Origin: Octopus vulgaris
Lineage: Eukaryota
Direction: 5' to 3'
Assembly (NCBI GenBank): GCA_951406725.2
Contig: OX597816.1
Span: 48,360,001-48,424,000 of the forward strand
Length of the DNA: 64,000 nt
The notes below the pieces were generated by a model. That model made no database searches and was not told where the DNA came from. It saw only the letters and a list, made by a program, of their open reading frames with translations. Within the stretch, counting starts at the first letter, position 1. Every line of letters starts with the position of its first letter. Made by a program: the position numbers and the translations under genes. Of the stretch, positions 63,401-64,000 are shown piece after piece.

Positions 63401-63965
63401 TGACAAAAGGCCTCTCGCTCAGAGTAAAAGGCAGACTGTATGATGCATGTGTACGTACAGCCATGCTACATGGTAGTGAAACATGGGCCGTGACTGCAGA
63501 GGATATGCGTAAGCTCACAAGAAATGAAGCCAGTATGCTCCGATGGATGTGTAATGTCAGTGTTCATAATCGTCAGAGTGTAAGTTCCTTGAGAGAAAAG
63601 TTGAACCTAAGAAGCGTCAGTTGTGGTGTGCAAGAGAGACGGCTGCGCTGGTATGGTCATGTGACGAGAAAGGCTGAAGATAGTTGTGTGCAAAAGTGCT
63701 ACACCCTAGCAGTTGAGGGAACCTGTGGAAGAGGTAGACCCAGGAAAACCGTTCGCCAGCCTCGTCTGGCACCTGTGTCGGTGGCACATAAAATCACCCA
63801 CTACACTCTCGGAGTGGTTGGCGTTAGGAAGGGCATCCAGCTGTAGAAACACTGCCAGATCTGACTGGCCTGGTGCAGCCTTCGGGCTCCCCAGACCCCA
63901 GTTGAACCGTCCAACCCATGCTAGCATGGAAAACGGACGCTAAATGATGATGATGATGATGATGA
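63400..63965 (+). mobile_element. RTE LINE 3' fragment with internal deletion near 63750
   Basis: Matches 45537-45887, then jumps to the last 3' UTR unit; (GAT)n tail. Confidence 0.9.
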
Positions 63966-64000
63966 TATGTATATATATATATGCATATATAAATATGTAT

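Noticed and set aside
62835-63443. 202-aa ORF and similar Y/I/M/C-rich ORFs (43526-44004, 61312-61826 and others)
   Set aside because: Translations of (TA)/(TG) microsatellites.

Overview
AT-rich, microsatellite-dense animal genomic DNA. The SINE/LINE repertoire looks like a coleoid cephalopod, most likely Octopus (inference from remembered repeat families, not a database hit). Almost all ORFs in the supplied track are microsatellite or SINE artefacts. The only convincing host coding sequence is a 39-nt phase-0 exon (21433-21471, +) encoding VDPKACNPRTANK, matching the end of RRM1 of the DAZAP1/Hrb27C (hrp48) hnRNP family, so the window is probably two very long introns of that gene. The rest is transposon-derived: RTE LINEs (one carrying a PHD finger inside the RT and a structured tandem 3' UTR), HERO and R4/Dong remnants, at least four tRNA-derived SINE families, mariner, pogo-like and piggyBac-like MITEs, Helitron/Helentron elements and several palindromes. 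Best leads: a type I hammerhead ribozyme with an intact catalytic core (44224-44293, -) plus three decayed relatives; a repeated hairpin/pseudoknot module in the RTE 3' UTR that also seeded a 53-bp minisatellite; a candidate frameshifting poison exon (38710-38906); and a 1.4-kb inverted repeat. All structures were read by eye and none were computed. Repeat boundaries are approximate.
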